Positions 8,678-19,744 of a DNA stretch of 64,000 bases are shown here, piece by piece; within the stretch, counting starts at the first letter, position 1, and the number at the start of each line of letters is the position of its first letter. The position numbers were made by a program, and so were the translations under genes. Source of the stretch: Waddliaceae bacterium (lineage in GTDB: Bacteria; Chlamydiota; Chlamydiia; Chlamydiales; SLFE01); contig CAWAPJ010000019.1 in assembly GCA_963783885.1 (NCBI GenBank), positions 1 to 64,000 on the forward strand, read 5' to 3'. Below the pieces are notes generated by a model. It searched no databases. It had not been told where the DNA came from and saw only the letters and a program-made list of their open reading frames with translations.

Positions 8678-9526
8678 TTAGAACTGTTTCAAGATATTGG
8701 CTAAATTTTTATATATTTGTGATGTTTTAGGAAATTGATCAGGCATTTTTCTAATTTGTCGAGCAGCTTTTTCTAAGGTTTTTAAAACCATCGGAATAGC
8801 TGTTTCAGGAATTTTTTTTACTTTTGTTCCTCGATAATTGGATATTATAGCAGATATTGCTTTCGGCAATCGTTTTTTATCGACCGTTCTATCTCTTAAC
8901 AAATAGGGGAGGCTCCAACTTTTAGGATCATTAGGATTACCTGCATAGGCAAAACAATCTGCAGGTAATTGATATTTTGGGTGTAAAAGTTCGTCACTTG
9001 AAAGAAAGTTGATAGGTCTTTCTTCGGAATCTTGCGGAGTAGGACGATATATTCCATGTACACTTAATAGCCAAAGATCTTCAGGGAAATTTGAATCGAG
9101 GAAGACGTCAACTCTTTCGGTCACTTTCCCTTCTTTTAAATCGATAGCATATAGACGATAACCATCACTAACAGCAACTTTATTGACATTGAGTTTTTCG
9201 GAATATCGGTTCACCTGTAAAAGGGCTTTCTTCATATTAGTATCATTTTGGAAACTTCCGGGATATTTCGTTTCAACAAGCAAACGTTTAATACCAATAT
9301 CAGTTAGTACAATATCGCATCGACCTGATTGATAATCCACATTAGCAAGAGGCCAATCTAAGACGATTGTAAATAAGTCTTCAAGAATTGATTCAGTGAT
9401 TTTTTCAGCTCCTCCATTTCTTAATTCCATTTGAGCGAGTCTCTGTTTTCGTCTTGATAGAAATTGTGGCCATTCTTTATTTGCACGTTCAAGTAGTTTT
9501 TTCTTGTTTGAAAGATAATTATCCAT
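8678..9526 (-). CDS. HsdR_N-like PD-(D/E)xK nuclease with an extra C-terminal domain
   Basis: GRCDIVL...LLVETK...ALLQVNRY...VSDG pattern. Confidence 0.65.
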   Translation of the reverse strand: MDNYLSNKKKLLERANKEWPQFLSRRKQRLAQMELRNGGAEKITESILEDLFTIVLDWPLANVDYQSGRCDIVLTDIGIKRLLVETKYPGSFQNDTNMKKALLQVNRYSEKLNVNKVAVSDGYRLYAIDLKEGKVTERVDVFLDSNFPEDLWLLSVHGIYRPTPQDSEERPINFLSSDELLHPKYQLPADCFAYAGNPNDPKSWSLPYLLRDRTVDKKRLPKAISAIISNYRGTKVKKIPETAIPMVLKTLEKAARQIRKMPDQFPKTSQIYKNLANILKQF

Positions 9527-9668
9527 AGCTTACCTTTTTAGTTTTAAACATTATATATCATCTTTGGTTTATTATGAATTCACAAACTTAATTTTAATAA
9601 ACTTAGTTTGAAATATTTTTTTTAGAAAAATGTCAGAGAATCTGATTTCAAATTTCTACTTTCAAGAA

Positions 9669-9710
9669 TGGGGCAAGCAGGACTCGAACCTGCGACCTAC
9701 GGATTATGAG
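9669..9710 (-). repeat. att site: displaced 3' half of tRNA(CAT)
   Basis: 40/42 identical to 20973-21014; identity ends at the anticodon loop. Confidence 0.92.
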
Positions 9711-9872
9711 GGCGGGGGAATACCGACCAACCGTTACCATCCAACCGCTATGAGTATAATGATAAAAGAGTTAAGAATTGATTGCTATTGGTTTTTGTGG
9801 GTTGATGATGGTGGAATTGGTGCACCGTTGCACCGCCAGTGCACCATGCAGAGGCTTTTGCTTCTATTTTAT

Positions 9873-10346
9873 TTATGCTGGGACGCCTAAACGAATGGAC
9901 ATAGCACTTTCTGAAACACCAAATTTATCTGCTAGAGCTTTCACGGTAGAGTCGCGAGATAATGCCGAATTAACAAGATGAAATGGCATCAGTATATCGG
10001 CTGCAGACTTGTTAGCCTCTACTTCCATCTTGTTACTTAGGCCACTTCTATACAGGGCGTCATCGGTTATTCCATCACCAATTAAATCTGAGTGAAGTAT
10101 GAAATGCGCTATTTCATGTGCTATGGTAAATCTTTGTCGCCTAGGTACGTCAGCAGAGTTTACAAATATGGCGAATCCTGATGAGCCCCCCCGGTTTTGA
10201 TCGTGAATGATTCTTCCTGCCACATTGACAGCTTCCTTACTCCTGTAAACTGAAATACCCAATTCTCTAGCAATCGCGATGATATCAACAGGAGCCTTGT
10301 TCTGATGTTTTCGAATTTTTGAAATTATTCTATCAAGTCGATTCAT
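9873..10346 (-). CDS. ImmA/IrrE-family zinc metallopeptidase
   Basis: RQRFTIAHEIAHFILH...EVEANKSAADILMP. Confidence 0.9.
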   Translation of the reverse strand: MNRLDRIISKIRKHQNKAPVDIIAIARELGISVYRSKEAVNVAGRIIHDQNRGGSSGFAIFVNSADVPRRQRFTIAHEIAHFILHSDLIGDGITDDALYRSGLSNKMEVEANKSAADILMPFHLVNSALSRDSTVKALADKFGVSESAMSIRLGVPA

Positions 10347-10372
10347 AGGGATCCTTTTCCATTAAATCCGTT

Positions 10373-10780
10373 TCAGAAAGAATCTGAAAGGTGCGATTGG
10401 TCAGTAGCATCATTTGTAGGCTCTTCCATTTTCTGATCAAATATCAACTGAGAAATTACATTTTTTCCCTGCTTTTCGAGCCATGCTTTCACTATAGTAG
10501 GTATCTTATCATTGATCACACTATCAGCTCGTTCTACCGCAGCCCGTTTAAGTTCTGTGTACCCCCAGAGCGCAAGGGCCCCTAATCCAAGCGCAATCAA
10601 AGTTAAATAAATCTGAATTAAGGAGAAATGGTTTCCTTGACTGGCAAGAAAGTGGCTTAAAGCGTCAGTATTGTCGATGAAAGCTGGAGTGCATTTGGCA
10701 ATGGGCACCGCAAACCTCCACCAAAATACTGCCATAAAGACAATATTTACTAAGCTAAGGATGATTAATGACTTTTTCAT
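10373..10780 (-). CDS. Membrane protein (two hydrophobic segments)
   Basis: N-terminal and central hydrophobic stretches; co-oriented just upstream of the ImmA gene. Confidence 0.6.
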   Translation of the reverse strand: MKKSLIILSLVNIVFMAVFWWRFAVPIAKCTPAFIDNTDALSHFLASQGNHFSLIQIYLTLIALGLGALALWGYTELKRAAVERADSVINDKIPTIVKAWLEKQGKNVISQLIFDQKMEEPTNDATDQSHLSDSF

Positions 10781-10931
10781 ATGCCTCTGAAATTATAAAA
10801 AAAGTATATTAGTAACCTATAAAAAAATCAATCACAATATTTTAAAGATTAGATATTTGTGTCCTATAATCAGAACATTTTTAATCTTGATAATTGAAAT
10901 CGGAGGCTTAAGGTAAAGTATATAACTTTCA

Positions 10932-12436
10932 TTAATTTAGAGTGATATCGATATATTCACTCTGATGATAAATGCAATGCAAATCAGAATGTTTTACACG
11001 AAATTGACTTCGTTTTTTAATTTTTGATTTACCCTGAATAAGTCCCTCCCATTTAATTCCTGGATCAAGTAAATGTAACCTGATGAGACTGCTCGGAAGA
11101 AAGATAAAAAATCGTCTTCTCACATTAAAAGAATTCTTGGTCCAAATGCATATTGGGGTGGGGGATTCCTAAAAATGGAAGGAATATAGGCAGCTTGAGC
11201 ATGTTTTCGGTTCCAGTGTTGCATAATTTTTGGTAAAATGCCATATAGCTGCTATTTCTTCATTCTCTGAAACTAGAGCAATTCCACCTTCAATACGTCA
11301 TCAATTTTTCCTTTAATTTCATCGTATCCAATTAATACTAACTTTAAACCGGTATTGCTATGAAAGTTTTTTTTACAAGAATAATTACCTCCAAAATTTA
11401 TCCTGTCTTTTTTCCCTCTTTTGTCAGCATAACCAAACTTACCAAGAAAAGTTTTTATTCCATTCTCAACATACAATCCTCCAGATGGTTCAGGAGTAAA
11501 AAGGGTAATCAGGTTGACTTGGGTCTATAATTTTCAAAATCATAAACACCATATTGTTTTATATTCCCTCCCTCCTATCCCCCCATCCCCCCCTATCTCT
11601 TCCTGCCCCCCCTCCCTACCCTCTCCCCCCCCCCCCCCCCCCCCCCCATCCACCCCCAATCCCTCCCCCCCCCCCCCTCCCCCCTCCCCCCCCCTGTCCC
11701 CCTCCTCCCACTTCCCCCCCCGCCTCCCCCCCCCTTTCCCATCCCAAAAGATCTGGTTCTGAATAACTGTTCGGCAAAATTCCAAGTTCAGCTTCTAAAG
11801 TGTATCCACCACCATTTCTAGCTAAATATGGTGTAATACTTCCATCAGATTTTATCATTTTGGAAGAAATCCAATGTTTCTCATATATATTTGTTAATTT
11901 CTCTACTAACAACTGTTTTGTATCAGAATTAGCTTTGTAATCTGGTGGAATTTCCAAAAAAACACCGAGAGATGCCCAATCATTATTCTTATAAATCTCG
12001 TTTAGAGAGGACTTGAAGTTGAGGATGCATATCCCAGAATATCCCAGAATCTGTTATCCCTAAAAAAAGAACACGACCATCATCTCTAACTCTTAAAACT
12101 TCAGAAGGAGATTTACGACACCCATTAAGAAAGCCTGACATTCTGACTTCTGGATACTTGGATACGAATATAAGTTGAGCATTCGGTGCAAGATATTTAC
12201 CATCTTCATATTATCCAAAAAAAATTGATTTTTGCTTTCAGACGATCCCTTTTACTTCCTGACTGCGGAGAAGGGTCTGTAACAATCTCATGATAAGGAA
12301 TAATGTTTAATGCACAAAAATCCCCTCCAAGATATATTTGATTTTTAGAATTATCGTTAGGCGATAATTTTTTAGCATAAAACAGCCTTGCACCATGCGA
12401 ACGCATTAGTTCCATTAATTGTGAAATTGAATTCAT
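10932..12436 (-). pseudogene. MvaI/BcnI-family restriction endonuclease, multiply frameshifted and interrupted by a poly-G/C tract
   Basis: KKLSPNDNSKNQIYLG, GGGYTLEAELGI, EPDLLGWE..IKQYG, TLFTPEP and KKRSQFR found across several frames. Confidence 0.7.
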
Positions 12437-12443
12437 TCATTTC

Positions 12444-12895
12444 CTAAATTTCTATTTCAATATTGCTTTTATTAGATTCTAACCAGTGACCAATTAAAAC
12501 AACTAATTCATTGAGAGGGATTCGGTTTTTTCCGGTAATAGCACATTCCCAAACTATAACTACTCCGCCACCCTTTTTGAAATAATTCCTTCTGCTTTCT
12601 ACGATCGTTTTTCTCATTTCCAAGAATTTTATTTTTCCAAAATCCTTCTCTACATTTTTGGCCACTTAAAATAATTGCATTTATGATGGTGCCAAAAACA
12701 ACCATGTACAAACAAAACAGCTTTGTACTTAGGAAATACTAAATCAGGTTTGCCGGGCATTTTGCGATTATTGATTGTATAACGATATCCCTGTTTATGT
12801 AGCGCTTTCCTAAGAGTAATTTCAGGCTTTGTACCATAGCTCTTTATTGCGGTCATATTTCTGCTTCGCGTTATAGAATCGTGAACATCTGCCAA
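12444..12895 (-). CDS. vsr: Very short patch repair endonuclease, frameshift near 12660
   Basis: DVH...RSRNM..IKS..TKPE, PGKPDLV, FVHGCFWH and VWEC. Confidence 0.88.
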
Positions 12896-13112
12896 ATCAA
12901 TCCCTCTTCTGTTAACTTTAGTTTACAAAAAACTTTAATAACAAATATAAATAACTATATGTTAGTAACATAACCTATATTTATTAAATTTTCAAGCGTA
13001 TAATAATTTTTAGAAATTCTTTCGAAAATGTACTAGAAATACTTTATAATGGGTTTTGGAATAATCAATAACGTCTAACATATGAAAATACTTGCACACT
13101 GGATCAGAATAG

Positions 13113-13441
13113 CAGGGAAATTGCATAAAGAAATTATTTGATAAAAAATCGTGCCCGTGCCCGCATCCTATTCCCCATAAGTCTAATTGTCTGGAAGTAT
13201 TGTAAAATATTTTAACGCCCGCTCGCTAAAGCTCGCTCAAGACGCGGAGACACAGAGATATCTCCGAGCCTCTGCGTTTTGAGCGAGCTTTATCGAGCGA
13301 GCGTTGAATTATCGCTGAATGTTTCAAAATTTAATGAAATAGGATGATCTAAATATTTTTGAAAAACTTATGGGGAATAGCATGCGGACGCGGGCACGGG
13401 CACGATTTTTTATCAAATAATTTCTTCATGCAATTTCCTTG
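13113..13441. mobile_element. MITE-like element with about 70-bp TIRs, 10-bp target duplication and an internal hairpin
   Basis: ATCAGAATAG at 13103-13112 and 13442-13451. Arms at 13113-13182 and 13366-13441. Inner palindrome at 13214-13305. Confidence 0.8.
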
Positions 13442-13538
13442 ATCAGAATAGGGGTTCAAGCTTCTTAATTCTAATACATGATAAAAGAATCGGTCGATAT
13501 TAATAACTTACAAGTTCTAATGATAAACCAACCTTAAA

Positions 13539-14677
13539 TTACACATGATTTGTAAGTGAAGTGATATGAGGAAGCATTAATCTGGCAACTTCCTTAAATA
13601 CGGGAACCGCAACTGAATTTCCGAATTGCTTATATGCTTGGGTGTCAGAAACAGGTATTTGAAAAGAGTCCTCATATCCCATTAATCTGGCACATTCCCT
13701 AGGGGTTAGACGCCTTGGATTTTGCTTAACACCTCTAGATATGAGAATTTCAGAACCATCTTTGTAGTATCTTGCTGATAATGTCCTAGAAACATCATTA
13801 CCTGTCACCAAACCAAAACCGAAGCCATTTCCTTTTGCCCTATGTTTAGCTGCATAATTCTGTAGATACCTCCACAACTTGTCTGTTAAAATGTATTTTT
13901 TATTTACTTCAGCTAATTCACCAAACGTATAAGGACTTTCAGGCAATTCCGAACCGTTTTCTGGATGAAGAATATCGCTCAATTTATGCTGTCCCTTTTC
14001 AGGTAATTGTATCTTATCCCATGAAAAAGGAACTTCTTTGCAAAATCCGACTATAACAACTCGTTCTCTATGCTGAGGAAGATAGTGCTGAGCGTCAATC
14101 ACCTTATGCCAAACGAAGTAACCTAATTCGTTTTGCAAGGTATTCATTATTATCTTAAAAGTCTTACCTTTATCATGGCTTTGTAAATTTTTTACATTTT
14201 CCAACATGAATGCTGAGGGTCTTTTGTCTTTAATTATACGAGCAACGTCAAAAAAAAGGGTTCCCTGTGCATCACAAGCAAAACCATGTTGAACTCCTAA
14301 CGATTTTTTTTTGGAAACACCTGCTATTGAGAATGGTTGACATGGAAATCCAGCTAGTAACACATCATGATTTGGAATTTATTTGTTGAAATCTGAGTTA
14401 TGTCCCCCGCAATTTCATGTTTATCCTTAAAATTCGCAGTATAAGTTTTCTGAGCATAAGGATTCCACTCCGATGTAAAAACGCATTCTCCCCCCGATTC
14501 TTCGAAACCAATTCGAATACCACCAATTCCAGCAAACAAATCGATAAATTTAAAAAAGGAACTATCCTGAGGTTTGTCTTTATTTCCAAGCATTTTTTTC
14601 ATTGTATCTAATGCAATAGTCTTTGGAACTAACTCCAATTTTCCCCACCAATAGAGATGAAATGGAGTATAATTCAA
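13539..14677 (-). CDS. dcm: DNA cytosine-5 methyltransferase (Dcm/EcoRII-like), frameshift near 14380
   Basis: [28 protein letters not shown] and [13 protein letters not shown]...QFGNSV. Confidence 0.9.
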
Positions 14678-14976
14678 TTTTAGCGTAAGTTACACAAACT
14701 TAAGATCTAGCGCTTTTTAGGTGCTGAAAACTCATTCAACTCAAAGTAAAACCCTAGGGAATTTATTCTGTCATAATGTCATTTCAAATATAAACTTTCA
14801 ACAACTTCTTTTACCAATAAAATTTTACACTCTAAGCTGAAAAATTAGAGAAGGCAGCATATAAGAGTAAAAATTTGTTTCCATCTCGACTTGAGACAAT
14901 TACATCATAGGAGAAATCAACAAGGGCTTATGTAGTCATATTTCTGGATGCAACTTTCTCCAAAACAAACCCATTT

Positions 14977-15843
14977 TTAGAACACTCCTTGCAGTTTTTT
15001 CAACATAATGAGATTTTGGTAAATCGACTTTTGCAAGGATCGTTCATATTTCAAGACTTTTTCTGTGTTATCCGCCGAAGGGACCATACCCAGCATATAT
15101 AAGAGTTTATTTGACTCGTCGTTCGTCTGCTTTTGCTTAGATAAATTTTTAATATCGTCTTCAAAAGATCGATTTTGCTCAGAGAAGAGCTCGATCAGCT
15201 TAGCGGAAATTTTCTTTGTTTCAGAATAGCCATATTTTTTCAATAGTTTCTTAAGCTCCTCAAAAGTTAGATCGTATGAACGGTACAACCACTCTTTTTC
15301 CTCTTTGGTTAGGGAACTAATAGATTTAGCGATCATATAGAAGTCATCAGCAATATCGCTTTCAATATCATCCCCGCACCATTCCGGCTTATCAAAATGA
15401 ACCTCTCCTTTAGCGAGGCACTCAAGATAGGATGTATTCCACTTCATGATTCTTTGTTTCTCTCGGATTTCATTATCAATTTTTTCATTGTTTGGTCGAC
15501 TATAAGAGTAAAACTCATTTAGCAATGACTCTACGGCTCGCGCTATACTGCCAGTCTCAAACCTAATTGTACGGCGCAATCTCCAGAAATCCGCCGCAAT
15601 TTTTTCGACAAGCAAGCTTTCCATCTGATTGCACGGAAGTAGGCAGTCAACTAGATTATTCAAAATACTTTGATATTCATCTTCACTCTCGTTTTCAATA
15701 TCTGAAGACACAATCAAATCTTTTGTAAAAATACCATGTTTGATGGCGTTTTTAGACACTATTTCCTTTCCACTTGTCGTTTTTGGACCCGTGGCAAGTT
15801 GAGCATTTTGCTTATTTGCGATTATTTGTTTTTCCGTAGACAT
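14977..15843 (-). CDS. Hypothetical protein with a phage-type N-terminal AN..NA..TGP.T..GK..S.NA.KHG motif
   Basis: Motif recurrent in mobile-element proteins; directly downstream of the helicase. Confidence 0.65.
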   Translation of the reverse strand: MSTEKQIIANKQNAQLATGPKTTSGKEIVSKNAIKHGIFTKDLIVSSDIENESEDEYQSILNNLVDCLLPCNQMESLLVEKIAADFWRLRRTIRFETGSIARAVESLLNEFYSYSRPNNEKIDNEIREKQRIMKWNTSYLECLAKGEVHFDKPEWCGDDIESDIADDFYMIAKSISSLTKEEKEWLYRSYDLTFEELKKLLKKYGYSETKKISAKLIELFSEQNRSFEDDIKNLSKQKQTNDESNKLLYMLGMVPSADNTEKVLKYERSLQKSIYQNLIMLKKLQGVF

Positions 15844-15903
15844 ATTTCTTCTCCTGTTTTTAACGGTTTATTGACTGTAAAAAATTCTAAATCCCTACAC
15901 TTG

Positions 15904-15949
15904 CAAAGGTCCAAAAGGTTCGAAAGTCGAGTTTTGGACCTTTTGAACC
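15904..15949. repeat. Iteron-like direct and inverted repeats (AAAGGTCC/AAAAGGTTC ... GGACCTTTTGAACC)
   Basis: Located just past the 3' end of the helicase gene. Confidence 0.5.
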
Positions 15950-15960
15950 CTCTGCTTTCT

Positions 15961-17547
15961 TCACTCTTCAAAAACTTTTGGATGAACCCAGTATTTTTGA
16001 GAGGGTCTTCCATTTGTTCTTACCATTGCACACCCCAAATATCCTTTTCAACGAGATAATCAAGCACTTCCTCCACCTCATCCGATGTAGTCAAACCACT
16101 CCAGTGATGCCCATAGTAAACATCTCGAACAGAAAACGGCTCCACAATGTCTCCGTTCTTGATATGCCGAAGCAGCTCCATCGCAGCCTTTGGAATAGCG
16201 TTAGCGCCGCTACCATAAACACGGAGCGCATGACTCTCGAGATACTCAACCCACAACAAACTGGATTGCAGAGAGTCCAACGTGATTACCTCGGGATAAT
16301 TCCCTGAAGTTGCCGATTTTAAATGTTCGTGAATCAAGCATAATGCCGGCAAAAGTTTTTTGTACTTTGCAAAATGCGCTTCCAAATGGTTTGGCAACGA
16401 TCCCGCGCGAAGTCGCAATTCAAGGGCTTTTTGCCACTCATCAAATTCTTTTTGGGCCTCCTCTGTGAAATTTAAGATAATAGGATTATTCTCATCGTCA
16501 AATGCTAACTTATCGAGATGTTCGAAGATGCGAATCACTTCCGCTTCCTCTGTCTTTATATTTATTCCATCAACAAGCTCCCAATCCGATTTCACATCGG
16601 GCCAAACCATCATTGAAAAGCGTTGAAGAAATCCATCATCACCGACACCTCCCTTTATTGTTGAACGCACATATTGCGATAGCGGGCCCGGTTGGATACT
16701 TCCAAAGATTGATAGAAACAGGGATGGGACGTGTAAAGATCCTCTGCCGATGCGATCCACATCGAAATCTTTTTTACCGCTCCAGCTTTCGAGAAAAAAC
16801 TGACGATCGTTTTCACGCCCATTTTTTTCGAAGCTGCGCAACCATCCCGAAAGTTCATCGCGATAGAGCAAAATTCCTTGTGGATTTTCGATCAGAATTT
16901 CCCCCAATTTCTCGACCGTGGGGTCATCTGTTTTATACCTTTTTCGCTTTGGTTCTTCGGGAGGTTCCTCGCATGGAAATTCTAAAGGGAGTTTAGTTTC
17001 GTCCCCTAATGACTCTTTAAAAGATTTTTTATAAACTTCTTCTGCCCCCTTCTTTCTAATTTTCCATGCATCCAGCTTAACTTTATGCGCCTTCGATTCA
17101 GACTCGAATTTCTTAAGCGCATTGCATGCCAGTGTTGTTAGCGGCTTGATTGTTGCCTCCATCGCCGGGACTTTTCATAACAGAAGGTCGTCCAATAAGC
17201 ATCCCCCATAGGTTCGAAAATTCAATCCAACCTGAATTTGGGCGAAGTTCAAGAGCCCTTTTTCTACCGATGAGACTTCCTGTATAAACGATAAAGGGGA
17301 CCGCCAGAAAATCGATTGGAATTTGCATTTGATCCGCAATTCCCTGCATCCAAATTGTGATCATCTTTGGCAGAGTATGTGCAGGGCATGGCAACACTTC
17401 ACTTAAAACCTCTTCTATTGGTTCAGGTTCGCTGTCAAACAAGACTGGACATGGTGAAATGCTAGCAAAGTAGTCTTCTGCCGATATACTGCTTTTGGAA
17501 ACAGTTATTTCGAATGCTCCCTTCAAGATAATCGCAATAAGGTTCAT
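15961..17547 (-). CDS. DUF3987/YfjI-family helicase-like protein, frameshifted
   Basis: NLWGMLIGRPSVMKSP, DDPTVEKLGEIL, RDELSG, DRIGRG and DDGFLQRF. Confidence 0.8.
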
Positions 17548-18113
17548 CTAATGGAGCGAATCCATCCCAATCGGGTGCGCAAGAAGACTGCTCCTTTAAC
17601 CAATCGACAAAATCGCCTCCCTTTTTATTTACTGGAAGCTCACAAACCATTACCTCTGCTTGCGGACATGCCTTTTTTACCTCGTCGTAAACAATCTGCA
17701 TGTATTTTTTTCCGGGATCATCGTTATCGGGCACAAGAATGAACTTTTTTACATGGCGGTAACCGGCAAGGATCGCCCAATCTGCCAAATGCCCTTGACT
17801 CGACCCCATCATGGAAGTGATTGCCGGAAGCCCGAGATAGTGCGCAGCTTGTGCGCATTTTTCCCCTTCAAAAATATAGACAAACCCTTCAAAATGGTTC
17901 TTAGGAAGTGAATCTATTCCAAATATGGGCGAGGGAGTTGGCGCTCCCTCAACCCAGCTACCATCTTCACCAATGCTGATATTGATGAAAGCGTTTCTTT
18001 TTTCCATCCTCATCATACCTTGCAACAATTGCAATAGGTTTTTTATCTGAATCCAAATAGGTCCAATAATAGCTTAAATTTTTTCGAGGAATGATTGACG
18101 GTAAATCTTTCAT
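17462..18113 (-). CDS. Toprim primase domain, frameshifted; may be fused to the DUF3987 domain
   Basis: YIFEGEKCA and ILVPDNDDPG motifs. Confidence 0.75.
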
Positions 18114-18421
18114 GCGACCCTCCATTCATTCCCTAGTTTTTCTAACGCTTCAAGAAAGGAGAGATCATACTTCTTCTGTATGTAGGTGATGATGTCGCCA
18201 CCCTTTTCCCCACATGAAAAACAGGTGAACGCTCCACTCTCGCAATTCACCTTAAATGATCCTGCCGAACCATCATCATGAAAAGGGCAAAGGCCAGCAA
18301 CGGCCCATTGCCCTGATTTATAACCGAATCTCCCGAGGTCTTGCTCTTGCAAGTAAAAATCATAAGGAGAAATCCATCCCTTGATTTTTGCGGCATCCAA
18401 ATTCCGTTTGAATGATTTCAT
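18110..18421 (-). CDS. Stand-alone CHC2 zinc-finger protein (primase Zn-binding domain)
   Basis: LCPFHDD...FTCFSCGEKGGDII. Confidence 0.9.
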   Translation of the reverse strand: MKSFKRNLDAAKIKGWISPYDFYLQEQDLGRFGYKSGQWAVAGLCPFHDDGSAGSFKVNCESGAFTCFSCGEKGGDIITYIQKKYDLSFLEALEKLGNEWRVA

Positions 18422-18621
18422 TGATCACCTCCTTGATTGGATTCGATCCATTGCTCGAATAAATCTCTCCGAAGGTAGAGGCGCTTGCCGATTTTTCTCA
18501 CGGCCTTTTCCAAGCCGTTGCGATGACGCATCAGCAGGTAATGTCGAATTTGCCCCAATGTAAAAGGGTAGCAATCGCTCTCGGCGATTTGTGTTGTTGT
18601 AAGGTACTGAACTTGTTCCAT
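18418..18621 (-). CDS. Excisionase-like HTH protein
   Basis: 67 aa, YLTT...RKIGKRLYLRRDLFEQWIE; good RBS; first gene of the replication operon. Confidence 0.7.
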   Translation of the reverse strand: MEQVQYLTTTQIAESDCYPFTLGQIRHYLLMRHRNGLEKAVRKIGKRLYLRRDLFEQWIESNQGGDQ

Positions 18622-18947
18622 TCGTAACTCCTGTTGTTGTTTAAAAAGGAATTACGCCCATTATTGCGGAATAGGGCCGTTTATCACGGGCACGCTATGA
18701 GGAAGTTTTATCTCTCTGAAAATCAGTCGAAAAAGAATTATCGAATATCTTTACCAAAGTGATGTGGATAGGAAAGAAACGTCAAAAATGTGATTTCTCC
18801 AAGCTCAGAAGTGAGCTTCGCATTTTGAATAGCGGTGTTAAGGGGCTTTCGTAAGTCAGGAAGAGGTGTCTGTAAAATCGTTTTCCTTGGTCTCTTCGAT
18901 GGAATTTTGCTACGGCTTGTAGAAATCTAGCGACCCGATTTCCAATT

Positions 18948-19706
18948 CTAACTGGATGATGGACCAAAAAAACTTGGCGCAAGCAACTCTGGATACTCCT
19001 TGTCATAAATAATTGCATCAATCCCGAGCCTATGGACACTTTCAAGAGAACGTGGCCATCTGATTCGAGATGAAGAAATACAGAGCCATATCAATGCGAG
19101 AGCTTCACCTGCATGATGTCTTGCGTTTGTACGTCCAAAAGCGCATTGATACGCTAATTCTTTGATAATTGATCCTGCAACTTTATGGAAATCGGCAAAA
19201 CTTGCGGACGAATCTCTTTCCATTGTGGTTCTCGCAGAAGATCTGATCTTTTTTAGGGAAAATATGCTCGATAAAGCAACTTCTACCTGACAGCGGTAAT
19301 CCACTTAAAAAATGCAAAAATGATTTTAAAGCCGTTTTTGTTTTTTTGTTCCCCACCCATTCTCTTCGACTATATGGGAAAATCTGATCACATAATCGAT
19401 TAACACATTCTTTTTCCTTAGGTTTTTGGAGGTCATTATCATCAAATTAGCTATATGTCCCGTTCTCTCTAATATGATCTATCCACGCAAAATAATTATC
19501 GTTTGCATTCACTTTTCGCTGTTTGTGAGAGAGGGGGTTCCGCATACAACCATCTCTCGACTCATTTGCTTCAAAGTTCTTGTTTCTCCATGCATCCAAA
19601 AAAGAGCCTCTTTGCTTTTCCAGCTTTCTTCGGAGACCTGTTCGAAGTCAGGGTTATCTTGCCGAAACCTGCATCCATATTTCCTTAACTTTGGCAATAT
19701 CCGCAA
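18948..19706 (-). pseudogene. Fragmented hypothetical gene downstream of the integrase
   Basis: Consecutive minus-strand ORF pieces in different frames. Confidence 0.35.
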
Positions 19707-19744
19707 TTAGCTCTTCAATAATCCCTCTTAGCTTTGAACAATCC

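Noticed and set aside
7995-9710. Two additional tRNA genes
   Set aside because: Only 3' halves are present, with no D-arm or 5' acceptor strand. They are att sites.
11514-11785. Pro-rich and Gly-rich ORFs
   Set aside because: They are translations of the poly-C tract inside the nuclease gene.
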